A stretch of 49,927 nt of DNA from NCBI GenBank assembly GCA_964609705.1, contig CAZSTT010000003.1:1354-51280 (forward strand), written 5' to 3'. Made by a program: the position numbers and the translations under genes. The notes beneath the pieces were generated by a model. That model saw only the letters and a program-made list of their open reading frames with translations. It did no database searches and was not told the DNA's origin. Shown here one piece after another: positions 1 to 7,752 of the stretch; position 1 is the stretch's first letter; each line of letters starts with the position of its first letter. The stretch is from an uncultured Thermodesulfobacteriota bacterium. GTDB lineage: Bacteria; Desulfobacterota; RBG-13-43-22.

Positions 1-26
1 GGTTTGAAAAATAAAGCGAGGGGTTC

Positions 27-1322
27 ATGAAAGAAATTCAGGTGGGCTTAATCGGTTTTGGTACGGTAGGAACCGGGGTGGTCAAGATTTTGCTGGAGAA
101 GGAGAGTCTATTGCAATCCCTGGTCGGGGCGCCTTTGAAATTGAAGCGGATTGCTGATCTCGATTTGAATAGGGATCGGGGAATCCCGATTTCCAAAGGA
201 CTTTTGGTTAATAAAGCCGAGGACATTATTAATGATCCGGATATTTCCATCGTCATAGAACTGATCGGGGGTCTGGAACCGGCCCGAAGTTTTATTTTAA
301 AAGCCCTGGAAAAAGGAAAACATGTGGTTACGGCCAACAAGGCTTTGCTGGCCCACAACGGGGGTGAAATTTTTCAAAAGGCTGAAGAGTGTAAAATGGA
401 TGTAGGCTTTGAAGCCAGTGTTTGCGGTGGTATCCCGGTCATTTTGGCCCTTCAACAGGGGTTGGTGGCTAATGAAATCGAGAGCATTCTGGGAATCTTC
501 AACGGGACTTCCAATTATATCCTGACCCGAATGACCGAAGAAGGATTACCTTATGGGGAGGCTTTGAAGGAAGCTCAGCAAAAGGGGTATGCCGAGGCCG
601 ATCCAACCTTGGATGTCGAGGGTCTGGATACGGTTCATAAGCTTAATATTCTGATGCATCTGGCTTATGGGTCACCATTAAATCCTGAGGCTGTTTTTGT
701 GGAAGGCATTACTCGAATCGGGGCCTTAGACATTGCCTTTGCCCGGGAATTCGGCTACTCGATCAAACTCCTGGCTATCTGCCGAAAAGAAGGGGACCTG
801 TTGGAGGCCAGGGTTCACCCGACCATGATTTCTAAAGGGCATATGCTGGCCAGTGTCCAGGGGGCCTATAATGCCCTTTTTATCAAGGGAGATTCGGTGG
901 GAGATATTCTGCTGTACGGGCAGGGGGCGGGCATGATGCCGACCGGAAGTGCGGTGGTCAGTGATCTGGTCAATATAGGTCGGAATATTCATAAAGGGAT
1001 AACCCAAAGGGTGCCCCGGAATCCGGCCACTATGGGAAAGGGTTTGGCCTTTAAACCATTTTCAGGGGTGATCGGCCGGTATTATTTTCGGTTTTCAGCC
1101 CTGGATCGCCCCGGTGTCCTTTCCACTATTGCCGGTATTCTGGGAACCAACAAAATCAGTGTGGCTTCCGTGATCCAAAAAGGGCGAGAGGTTGAAGGGT
1201 CGGTCCCCATTGTCATGATGACCCATGAGGCCAGAGAATCCGCTGTGCAGAAAGCCATCCAGGAGATTGACCGGCTTCCGGTGATCACCGACCGAACGGT
1301 GATAATCAGGGTGGAGAATTGA
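27..1322 (+). CDS. hom: homoserine dehydrogenase
   Basis: 431-aa ORF with an N-terminal Rossmann motif (VGLIGFGTVGTGV), a homoserine dehydrogenase catalytic core and a C-terminal ACT-like domain (YYFRFSALDRPGVLSTIAGILG). The ATG at 27 follows a GAGGGG Shine-Dalgarno-like sequence. Confidence 0.93.
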   Translation: MKEIQVGLIGFGTVGTGVVKILLEKESLLQSLVGAPLKLKRIADLDLNRDRGIPISKGLLVNKAEDIINDPDISIVIELIGGLEPARSFILKALEKGKHVVTANKALLAHNGGEIFQKAEECKMDVGFEASVCGGIPVILALQQGLVANEIESILGIFNGTSNYILTRMTEEGLPYGEALKEAQQKGYAEADPTLDVEGLDTVHKLNILMHLAYGSPLNPEAVFVEGITRIGALDIAFAREFGYSIKLLAICRKEGDLLEARVHPTMISKGHMLASVQGAYNALFIKGDSVGDILLYGQGAGMMPTGSAVVSDLVNIGRNIHKGITQRVPRNPATMGKGLAFKPFSGVIGRYYFRFSALDRPGVLSTIAGILGTNKISVASVIQKGREVEGSVPIVMMTHEARESAVQKAIQEIDRLPVITDRTVIIRVEN

Positions 1323-1332
1323 AGGGGGCCGT

Positions 1333-1354
1333 AAAGGGCTTTTGTCTGCCCTTT
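1333..1354 (+). terminator. hairpin after hom (weak terminator or attenuator candidate)
   Basis: AAAGGGC-ttttgtct-GCCCTTT, 11 nt after the hom stop. There is no clear T tract, and the apgM-like gene follows within 65 nt, so any termination is probably only partial. Confidence 0.25.
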
Positions 1355-1382
1355 GGCGGTTCCGGATGCCGGTTAAAACTAA

Positions 1383-1403
1383 TAACCGGTAACCAGTAAC
1401 AGA
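1383..1403. repeat. heptanucleotide tandem repeat (TAACCNG x3)
   Basis: TAACCGG TAACCAG TAACAGA, and CCGGTTA (1369-1375) / TAACCGG (1383-1389) form an inverted pair. Located in the hom-apgM spacer. Confidence 0.7.
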
Positions 1404-1419
1404 AATTTCACTCTTGTCT

Positions 1420-2658
1420 ATGAATTCGAAAGACAGAAAATATATCATTCTGGTCGGGGACGGGATGGGTGATTACCCCCAAGACCTTCTGGAGGGAAAA
1501 ACGCCCCTGGAAGCGGCCCATACCCCCCATATGGATAAGGCGGCCTCGCAGGGCATTATGGGATGGGCTCAAACCGTCCCCTCAGTTTGTGAACCGGGAA
1601 GTGATATAGCCAATCTTTCACTTCTCGGATATGACCCCTTGGTCTACCATACCGGCCGGGCCCCCTTTGAGGCGGTCAGTATGGGGATTCGGTTAAAAGA
1701 AGGGGACGTAGCTTTCCGCTGTAATCTGGTCTGTCTGGATCACCTGGGTCAAGAAACCGTGAAGATGAACTCTTACAGTTCCGGGCACATCTCTACGGAG
1801 GAAGCCCGGATTTTAATCAACGATCTCGATAAATTTATAAATCTCCCCAGTTTATCCTTCTTTCCAGGGGTTAGTTATCGGCATATCCTGATCTGGTCCG
1901 GGGCAAATCCATCAGCCAGGACCGCACCGCCCCATGATTTGACCGGGCAGGAGGTAACGGATTATTTGAATTCCCAAGGGGTGTTGGAACCTATTGTGAA
2001 ACTGATTCGGCAGTCCTGGCCTTTTCTAAGCCAACACCCGGTTAATAAAGCCAGGCAGGAACAGGGTCTGGTACCAGCCAATTCCATCTGGCTCTGGGGA
2101 CAGGGGAAAACCCCGGATATGCCCTTATTCCTGGACAGATTCGGCCTGAGCGGAGGGGTGATTTCCGCTGTGGATCTATTAAAGGGGATAGGATTATCCG
2201 CCGGACTGGAATCCTTGTTTGTGGAAGGAATGACCGGCTACTTAGACACCAATTTCCGGGGGAAGGCCGAGAAGGCCCTGGCCTTCCTGGCTGAGAAAGA
2301 TCTGGTGTATGTCCATGTCGAGGCTCCGGATGAGGCCTCTCACGAAGGAAGCCTGGAGAAAAAGATCCAGGCCATTGAGGCTTTCGATCGAGAAGTGGTC
2401 GGACCGGTTCTGGAAGGATTGAAACATTTTGAAGCCTATTCTCTTTTGATCGTTACCGATCACTTCACCCCTGTCGAGGTTATGACCCATACCCGGGAAC
2501 CTGTTCCTTTTACAGCCTTACGCTCTGAAGATCAGAGCCGTCCGGCCCGGAGAAGGGGCTTTTCCGAGAGATCGGCTTTTGAAGGGGAGGTTTCCTTCCT
2601 AAGGGGGGATCAGCTCATGCCCTGGTTTTTAAAAATCCATCAGGAGAGGCCCCAATGA
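1420..2658 (+). CDS. cofactor-independent phosphoglycerate mutase family protein (ApgM-like); probable non-canonical homoserine kinase
   Basis: The ORF runs 1414..2658. The ATG at 1420 gives MNSKDRKYIILVGDGMGD..., and the protein carries HVEAPDEASHEG, both metal-site motifs of the archaeal-type iPGM/alkaline-phosphatase superfamily. It lies directly downstream of hom. A separate full-length GpmI is present at 15815. Confidence 0.8.
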   Translation: MNSKDRKYIILVGDGMGDYPQDLLEGKTPLEAAHTPHMDKAASQGIMGWAQTVPSVCEPGSDIANLSLLGYDPLVYHTGRAPFEAVSMGIRLKEGDVAFRCNLVCLDHLGQETVKMNSYSSGHISTEEARILINDLDKFINLPSLSFFPGVSYRHILIWSGANPSARTAPPHDLTGQEVTDYLNSQGVLEPIVKLIRQSWPFLSQHPVNKARQEQGLVPANSIWLWGQGKTPDMPLFLDRFGLSGGVISAVDLLKGIGLSAGLESLFVEGMTGYLDTNFRGKAEKALAFLAEKDLVYVHVEAPDEASHEGSLEKKIQAIEAFDREVVGPVLEGLKHFEAYSLLIVTDHFTPVEVMTHTREPVPFTALRSEDQSRPARRRGFSERSAFEGEVSFLRGDQLMPWFLKIHQERPQ

Positions 2659-3056
2659 AATTCTTTCAGACGACCTACCGGGTAATCTACGGCGATGTGG
2701 ATGCCATGAAAATGGCCTATTATGCTAATTACTTACGCTGGTTTGAAATCGGGCGTTCGGAATTAATCCGTCATTTGGGTCTTCCTTATGCCGGAATAGA
2801 AACCATGGGCTATCTATTGCCGGTCACTGAAGCCTTTTGTAAATATAGTAAGCCGGCCCGGTACGATGAGATTATTTTGATCAATACGGGAGTTGGATTT
2901 CTCCGCAGGGCTTCCCTTCGTTTTGATTATCGAATATTGAATCAGGAAAATGATCTTCTGGCCCAAGGTCACACCATTCATGCCTGTCTGGACGGGGATG
3001 GCAAATTAGTTCGTCTTCCTGAACCGGTATTTACTCTATTAGGAAATTGGGAATAG
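2655..3056 (+). CDS. acyl-CoA thioesterase, 4HBT/YbgC family
   Basis: 133-aa hotdog-fold protein with the N-terminal motif YRVIYGDVDAMKMAYYANYLRWFE typical of YbgC/4HBT thioesterases. Its ATG overlaps the preceding stop codon (ATGA). Confidence 0.8.
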   Translation: MKFFQTTYRVIYGDVDAMKMAYYANYLRWFEIGRSELIRHLGLPYAGIETMGYLLPVTEAFCKYSKPARYDEIILINTGVGFLRRASLRFDYRILNQENDLLAQGHTIHACLDGDGKLVRLPEPVFTLLGNWE

Positions 3057-3060
3057 GATA

Positions 3061-3128
3061 GCTGGTTACTTGTTTCTGGTTGCTGGTTGAATGTAAAAAT
3101 GAGAAACGAGTAACCAGCAACAAAGAAA
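3061..3128. repeat. inverted pair of heptanucleotide tandem arrays (GCTGGTT-type / its complement)
   Basis: Left array: GCTGGTT ACTTGTT TCTGGTT GCTGGTT (3061-3088). Right array: GAGAAAC GAGTAAC CAGCAAC AAAGAAA (3101-3128). 3079-3088 pairs perfectly with 3112-3121 (10 bp). Confidence 0.8.
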
Positions 3129-3209
3129 CTTGAAGTATCTCTGGTCACTTTGTACACGATACTATGAGAATTATCTCTATCTCGCGACACTCAGGAAAAG
3201 AGAAACCCC

Positions 3210-3593
3210 ATGTCTGAAATCGAAGCCGCTAAAGCTATTGATACCTTTTTTGAAGCCTTTAATGGCCATGACGGTGAGGCGCACCGAAACATTCATCATT
3301 TTCCTCATGTCCGCATCAACGACAAAGGCCAGGTGCGTATCGTTCAAAGCGCTTCGGAATACCGGCCCCTGGATTTGGTACTCGAATACCTGACCAAGAG
3401 CGAAGGATGGCACCACAGCACTCTGGATTCGATGGAAGTCATCCACGCTTCACCACTGAAGGTCCATTTTAATATTCAGTTCAGCCGGTATAAGGCCGAC
3501 GGCTCCCGGTATGCGGTTCATAAGTCCCTGTGGGTCGTCACTAAACAAGAGGACCACTGGGGCATACTGGCTCGATCCAGCTATGCCCCCTGA
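3210..3593 (+). CDS. small NTF2/SnoaL-like fold protein (uncharacterized)
   Basis: 127-aa ORF whose N-terminus (AIDTFFEAFNGHD) and length fit SnoaL/NTF2-like proteins. A purine-rich sequence (AGGAAAAGAGAAA) lies upstream of the ATG. Confidence 0.5.
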   Translation: MSEIEAAKAIDTFFEAFNGHDGEAHRNIHHFPHVRINDKGQVRIVQSASEYRPLDLVLEYLTKSEGWHHSTLDSMEVIHASPLKVHFNIQFSRYKADGSRYAVHKSLWVVTKQEDHWGILARSSYAP

Positions 3594-3644
3594 ATTTTAA
3601 CCTTCGAATCTTGATAAAATTATCGCGGATTAGTCTAGGTTTTA

Positions 3645-3765
3645 GTGTGAAAATAGGATTCGAGGTTGCTCATTACTCCAGCCTATTTTCATGTTCCGAC
3701 ATCCGGCCGATCGGACCGCTCGACTTCGTGGTGTCACACCCCTAGCGGGGCATGACGGGTTAAAT
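3645..3765 (+). repeat. modular multi-hairpin intergenic repeat, copy A (modules M1 and M4)
   Basis: M1 is GAAAATAGG (3649-3657) ... CCTATTTTC (3682-3690). M4 is the hairpin GTCAcaCCCC-tagc-GGGGcaTGAC (3733-3756), preceded by GGCCGATCGGA. Confidence 0.8.
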
Positions 3766-3766
3766 C

Positions 3767-3795
3767 TTGACATCAACCCAGGTATTATCTATCAT
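3767..3795 (+). promoter_or_regulatory. sigma-70-like promoter (TTGACA-17-TATCAT)
   Basis: TTGACA at 3767-3772, a 17-nt spacer, TATCAT at 3790-3795. It lies ~210 nt upstream of the kinase ATG and starts inside the 3' edge of repeat copy A. Confidence 0.35.
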
Positions 3796-4004
3796 AAGAT
3801 CATCATATTGAGAAATCATCCCCTGGCTGATGTTTGATGGTTTAAGTAACCACAATCTGCCATGGCCCAATCCCGATTATAAAGAATATAGGCGAATCGC
3901 TGAATCCGTCTTCTTCCTCCGCTTATTAACAGGCGGAATGCCGAACCATTTTCTTGCTGATTCATTAAGTAAAATTGCAAAAAACAAATAAAAAAGGCGG
4001 CGCC

Positions 4005-5528
4005 ATGGCCAAACCGACCCTATTGGAAGAGGGCCTTCTCTTGAATGTCGGCATAGTGACCAAGGGAGACCAATGCTTATCCATTATCAGGGACCTGGAG
4101 GCCATCAAACTGTCGCGTTTGAGTATCAGACTGGAAGCCGTGGCCATTACGACCAAGCCGGCCTCCGGATATGAATATGCCGAAGAAAGGGGAATTAAAG
4201 TATTTGAGGATTATCGGGATTTATTATCTTTAAAATGCCTGGATCTGATCCTTGAGTTCACCGGAAACAATCAAGTTCTTGCGGATATTATCCGTCATAA
4301 ACCGGCCACCATCGGTATTTTGGATCAAAAATCTTCTTTCTTGTTCTTGGATATTGCCCACCTCTATGACTTGATGGGTATCAGGGATACAGAGATTACC
4401 CTGGCCAACTCTTTTGCTTCCACTTTACTGGAGGCTTCGCCTGACGGCGTTCTTGTCCTGGACCGGGATTACCGCATCATTAACAGTAATAATTCTCCTC
4501 TGGTTACCGGCGGTGCGGACCGTGAGGCCATTATCGGAAAATTCTGTTATGAGGTGATAAGTCTGGTACGGAAGCCCTGTCATAATATTGAGGCCTGTTG
4601 CTCGGTTCAGGAAACAATCAAAACTGGAAGGCCCGCTCGCAGAGTTAATGATCTGGCCCTTTCCGATGGGAGCACCCGAATTTGTCAGATTACGGCCTAC
4701 CCCATCTTCAATCGCTTCAATGAAATGGTGCAGTTTGTCATTACTGTAAGGGATATGACCCAGGAGCTCAGCGAAAGGATCGTTGAACAAACCAAGGCCA
4801 TCAAAAAGGATCTGACCCGTGTGGTCAGGGAAGACCGGTTGGCCTCCCTGGGCAGGCTTGTAGCTTCCGTTTGCCATGAGATTAACAATCCAATAACCAG
4901 CATCGTAACCTTCACTAAATTGGTTTTATCGTATCTGCAGGAAAAAGATCCAGACCACAGGTCTCCGGACCTTGAGCGCTACCTGGAATTGTCTTTTCGG
5001 GAGGCGCTTCGGTGCGGCGGCATCGTTAAAAATCTGTTGACTTTCGCCCGCCAGGACAACGTCGAAGCCACCACCATCGATATCTTGGAAATGATAAACA
5101 CGGTTACCCAACTGACCCACCATCAGCTTCAACTGGCCGAGGTGAAATACAGCGCTGATCTGCCTTCGGCTCCTTTTACCGCCTGGGGAGATTACGGGCA
5201 GATACAGCAATGCCTGCTTAACCTCATTTTTAATGCCATTGATGCCATGCCCCAAGGCGGAAGCCTTTTGATCAAGGGGTGGGAAGACGAGACGGACGAT
5301 ACTATCTGGCTGGAGGTGACTGACACCGGCCAGGGGATCGATCCGGAACATTTGCATAAAATTTTCGAACCTTTTTTTACCACCAAAACCGATGGGAAAG
5401 GGGTAGGGTTAGGATTGGCCATGGTATATGGCATCATTCACGAACATCGTGGTATTATCGAAGTGGACAGCGTTCCCGGAAAGGGGACCACCTTTCGCAT
5501 CAAGCTTCCGAAAAGCCGGATTGAATAA
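4005..5528 (+). CDS. cytoplasmic sensor histidine kinase (N-terminal Rossmann-like domain, Cys-rich PAS, HisKA, HATPase_c)
   Basis: H-box LASLGRLVASVCHEINNP, N-box LLNLIFNAIDA, G-boxes DTGQGI and GKGVGLGL. No transmembrane segment. The ATG at 4005 follows AAAAGGCGG; the TTG at 3975 is an alternative start. Confidence 0.88.
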   Translation: MAKPTLLEEGLLLNVGIVTKGDQCLSIIRDLEAIKLSRLSIRLEAVAITTKPASGYEYAEERGIKVFEDYRDLLSLKCLDLILEFTGNNQVLADIIRHKPATIGILDQKSSFLFLDIAHLYDLMGIRDTEITLANSFASTLLEASPDGVLVLDRDYRIINSNNSPLVTGGADREAIIGKFCYEVISLVRKPCHNIEACCSVQETIKTGRPARRVNDLALSDGSTRICQITAYPIFNRFNEMVQFVITVRDMTQELSERIVEQTKAIKKDLTRVVREDRLASLGRLVASVCHEINNPITSIVTFTKLVLSYLQEKDPDHRSPDLERYLELSFREALRCGGIVKNLLTFARQDNVEATTIDILEMINTVTQLTHHQLQLAEVKYSADLPSAPFTAWGDYGQIQQCLLNLIFNAIDAMPQGGSLLIKGWEDETDDTIWLEVTDTGQGIDPEHLHKIFEPFFTTKTDGKGVGLGLAMVYGIIHEHRGIIEVDSVPGKGTTFRIKLPKSRIE

Positions 5529-5544
5529 AAAGAGGAGCAACGGC

Positions 5545-6900
5545 ATGAAAGCATCGACTCGCATCATGGTCGTAGACGATGAGGAAACCATTTGTGAAGC
5601 ACTCATGGCCTGGTTTGTCAAAGACGGTTACCTGGTGGAAACCGCCTTGTCCGGTGCGGAGGCCTTGGCCCTTCTGGAAAAAAGAGAATTTGATATTTTC
5701 CTGGTGGATGTCAAGATGCCGGGGATGGACGGCATCGAACTCCTCTCCCGAATCAAAGAAAAACAACCCGAGGGGGTGGTCATCATGATGACGGCTCACG
5801 GTTCGATCCAAACGGCCGTGGAAGCGATGAAGCGCGGGGCGGGAGACTACTTGTGCAAGCCCTTTGATCCGGATTCATTGTCTCTGCTTATGGAACGGGT
5901 GATGACCCATAAAAAATTAAGGAAGGAAAATATCACCTTAAAAGAAAGACTTCTTGAACAGCAGGAAGAGGCCCTGGATGTTTTTATCGTGCATTCCGAC
6001 CCCATGCGGAAAATATTTTCAACCGTCGACGAAGTAGCCCCGTCTTCAGCTCCCATATTAATAACCGGTGAAACCGGTGTTGGAAAGGACCTGGTGGCCA
6101 GGGCCATTCATTTAAGAAGCCAGCGTTCCTTCGGCCCCTTTGTGGCGGTGAATTGCGGGGCCTTATCCGAATCTCTCCTGGAAAGCGAATTATTCGGACA
6201 CGAAAAGGGGGCCTTTACCGGAGCCGTTAAAACCAGGAGGGGCTGTCTGGAGATGGCGGACAGTGGAACCCTTTTTTTAGACGAGATCGGGGAAATTTCG
6301 ACTAAAATGCAGATCAGTTTATTGCGGGTTCTGGAAGAAAAGCGTTTCTTAAGGCTGGGGGGAAGCAATTCCGTGTCTTCGGATTTCAGGCTGATTACCG
6401 CCACCCATCGGGATCTTCCTCCCTTGATCAAGGAAAATCAATTCAGAGAGGATTTTTACTACCGCATCAATGTCATCACCATCCATATCCCTCCTTTACG
6501 CGAACGAAAGGAGGATGTCCCGGTTCTTTCCGATCACTTTCTGAAAAGGTTTGTCGAAGAAACAGGAAAACATCTGGAAGGATTCACCGTAAAAGCCCTG
6601 GAACAGCTGATATCCTACCCTTGGCCCGGTAACGTCAGGGAACTGAAAAACGTTATTGAACGGGCCGTGGTAATCGCCCGGGGGCGTATGATCGGATCCG
6701 AGGAGCTTAAGTTCTTGGATCCGGGAAAGGCGTATCCCGATCCAATGGCGATTACCCTGGAGGATCTCGAAAAGAGTCATATTAAATCAACCCTGGTCTC
6801 TTGTGATGGCAATATCAGCCAGGCCGCGAAAAAACTGGGTATCAATCGGAGCACTTTATCCAGAAAAATGAAACGATACCATTTGGTTGGCGGGGATTAG
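5545..6900 (+). CDS. sigma-54-dependent response regulator (NtrC/AtoC family)
   Basis: Receiver domain (IMVVDDEE...DVKMPGMDG), AAA+ sigma-54 activation domain (GETGVGKD, GAFTGA, ESELFGHEKGAFTGA) and a C-terminal Fis-type HTH. The ATG at 5545 follows AGAGGAG. The upstream extension in the ORF track (5428) overlaps the kinase gene and is not credible. Confidence 0.93.
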   Translation: MKASTRIMVVDDEETICEALMAWFVKDGYLVETALSGAEALALLEKREFDIFLVDVKMPGMDGIELLSRIKEKQPEGVVIMMTAHGSIQTAVEAMKRGAGDYLCKPFDPDSLSLLMERVMTHKKLRKENITLKERLLEQQEEALDVFIVHSDPMRKIFSTVDEVAPSSAPILITGETGVGKDLVARAIHLRSQRSFGPFVAVNCGALSESLLESELFGHEKGAFTGAVKTRRGCLEMADSGTLFLDEIGEISTKMQISLLRVLEEKRFLRLGGSNSVSSDFRLITATHRDLPPLIKENQFREDFYYRINVITIHIPPLRERKEDVPVLSDHFLKRFVEETGKHLEGFTVKALEQLISYPWPGNVRELKNVIERAVVIARGRMIGSEELKFLDPGKAYPDPMAITLEDLEKSHIKSTLVSCDGNISQAAKKLGINRSTLSRKMKRYHLVGGD

Positions 6901-6964
6901 ATTGACAATGGCAACCAGGCGGATTTTCCCTTGGCTTCACGGCTGTTATGCCTTATAGAGATTT

Positions 6965-7028
6965 CGTTACTTGTTGCTGGTTACTCATCAGAACCAATAA
7001 CAAGTAACGAGAACGAGTAACCAGTACC
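6965..7028. repeat. inverted heptanucleotide arrays (GTTACTN / NGTAACN)
   Basis: CGTTACTTGTT (6965-6975) pairs perfectly with AACAAGTAACG (6999-7009). CTGGTTAC (6977-6984) is complementary to GTAACCAG (7017-7024). 7-nt periodicity throughout. Confidence 0.8.
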
Positions 7029-7079
7029 ATTCAAATTCTCAATAAAGCCGCATCGATCCGGAAAGCGACATCAAATCTG

Positions 7080-7640
7080 TTGAATCCAGACCGCCTTGTA
7101 TCTGTTGAAGAAGCTCATTTGGACCTTTTCCCCATGGGCAAGATGGATATGACGACCGTATCCGTGGTTGCGGCCAATCTGCAGGTTATTTTGGGACTTA
7201 ATACCAGGATTCAACCCGTTTATCCTGAACCCGATTATGCTTTCCTACCCCGGAGGGGACAGTTTGAAGCCGGGAAAATTATTCAATCCCTGGCCGCCCT
7301 CCCCGGTTTTGCTCCCTTCAGAATGGGAGTGGTTAACGTGGATATCTACACTCCGATTCTGACCTTTGTTTTCGGTGAGTCCCAATTGGGCGGCAAGGCA
7401 GCGGTTATTTCCTCTTATCGAGTCCAAAGCAAGAACCGGGAAAAGGCTTATAACCGGACAGCAAAGATCGCTATCCATGAATTCGGCCACCTGCTGGGTA
7501 TTGTTCACTGCCAGTCCCTGGATTGTTTGATGAAATTTTCCAACAATCCGGAAAAGCTGGACGACCTTCCCCTAAGACTCTGCCAGGCCTGTGAATACGA
7601 AGCCAGGAGACACTTGCGGCATCTGTTTGGCAAGCCATAA
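7080..7640 (+). CDS. amzA: archaemetzincin-like zinc metallopeptidase (peptidase M54)
   Basis: HEFGHLLGIVHC...SLDCLM...CQAC matches the archaemetzincin signature HExxHxxGxxxC plus a Cys4 zinc site. The start is uncertain: TTG 7080 or ATG 7134. Confidence 0.78.
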   Translation: MNPDRLVSVEEAHLDLFPMGKMDMTTVSVVAANLQVILGLNTRIQPVYPEPDYAFLPRRGQFEAGKIIQSLAALPGFAPFRMGVVNVDIYTPILTFVFGESQLGGKAAVISSYRVQSKNREKAYNRTAKIAIHEFGHLLGIVHCQSLDCLMKFSNNPEKLDDLPLRLCQACEYEARRHLRHLFGKP

Positions 7641-7676
7641 GGTTTAGGTCTAAGGTCCAAGGTCTGAGGTTTAAGG
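7638..7676. repeat. heptanucleotide tandem repeat (AAGGTCN-like, ~5.5 units)
   Basis: TAAGGTT TAGGTCT AAGGTCC AAGGTCT GAGGTTT AAGG, starting at the amzA stop codon. Confidence 0.75.
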
Positions 7677-7710
7677 AAAACCTTACCCCTTATGCCCAGT
7701 ACCGGTATTT

Positions 7711-7737
7711 TGGGTCCCTTGGGTCCCTTGGATCCCT
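7711..7737. repeat. 9-nt tandem repeat (TGGGTCCCT x3)
   Basis: TGGGTCCCT TGGGTCCCT TGGATCCCT, between the convergent amzA and GcvH-like genes. Confidence 0.8.
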
Positions 7738-7752
7738 GTCCCCTTTTTCATT

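Noticed and set aside
3130-3446. ORFs 3130..3393 (+) and 3177..3446 (-) overlapping the SnoaL-like gene.
   Set aside because: The 3210..3593 frame has a plausible ribosome-binding region and an NTF2-like sequence. The competitors start inside the heptamer repeat or are antisense and look non-protein-like.
5428-5544. N-terminal extension of the NtrC-type regulator in the ORF track.
   Set aside because: It overlaps the 3' end of the kinase gene. The receiver domain starts at MKASTRIMVVDDEE, preceded by AGAGGAG. The same logic was applied to 10353-10397 (rplU), 15755-15814 (gpmI), 43530-43619 (oxidoreductase), 31982-31999 (TauE) and 32421-32564 (small protein).
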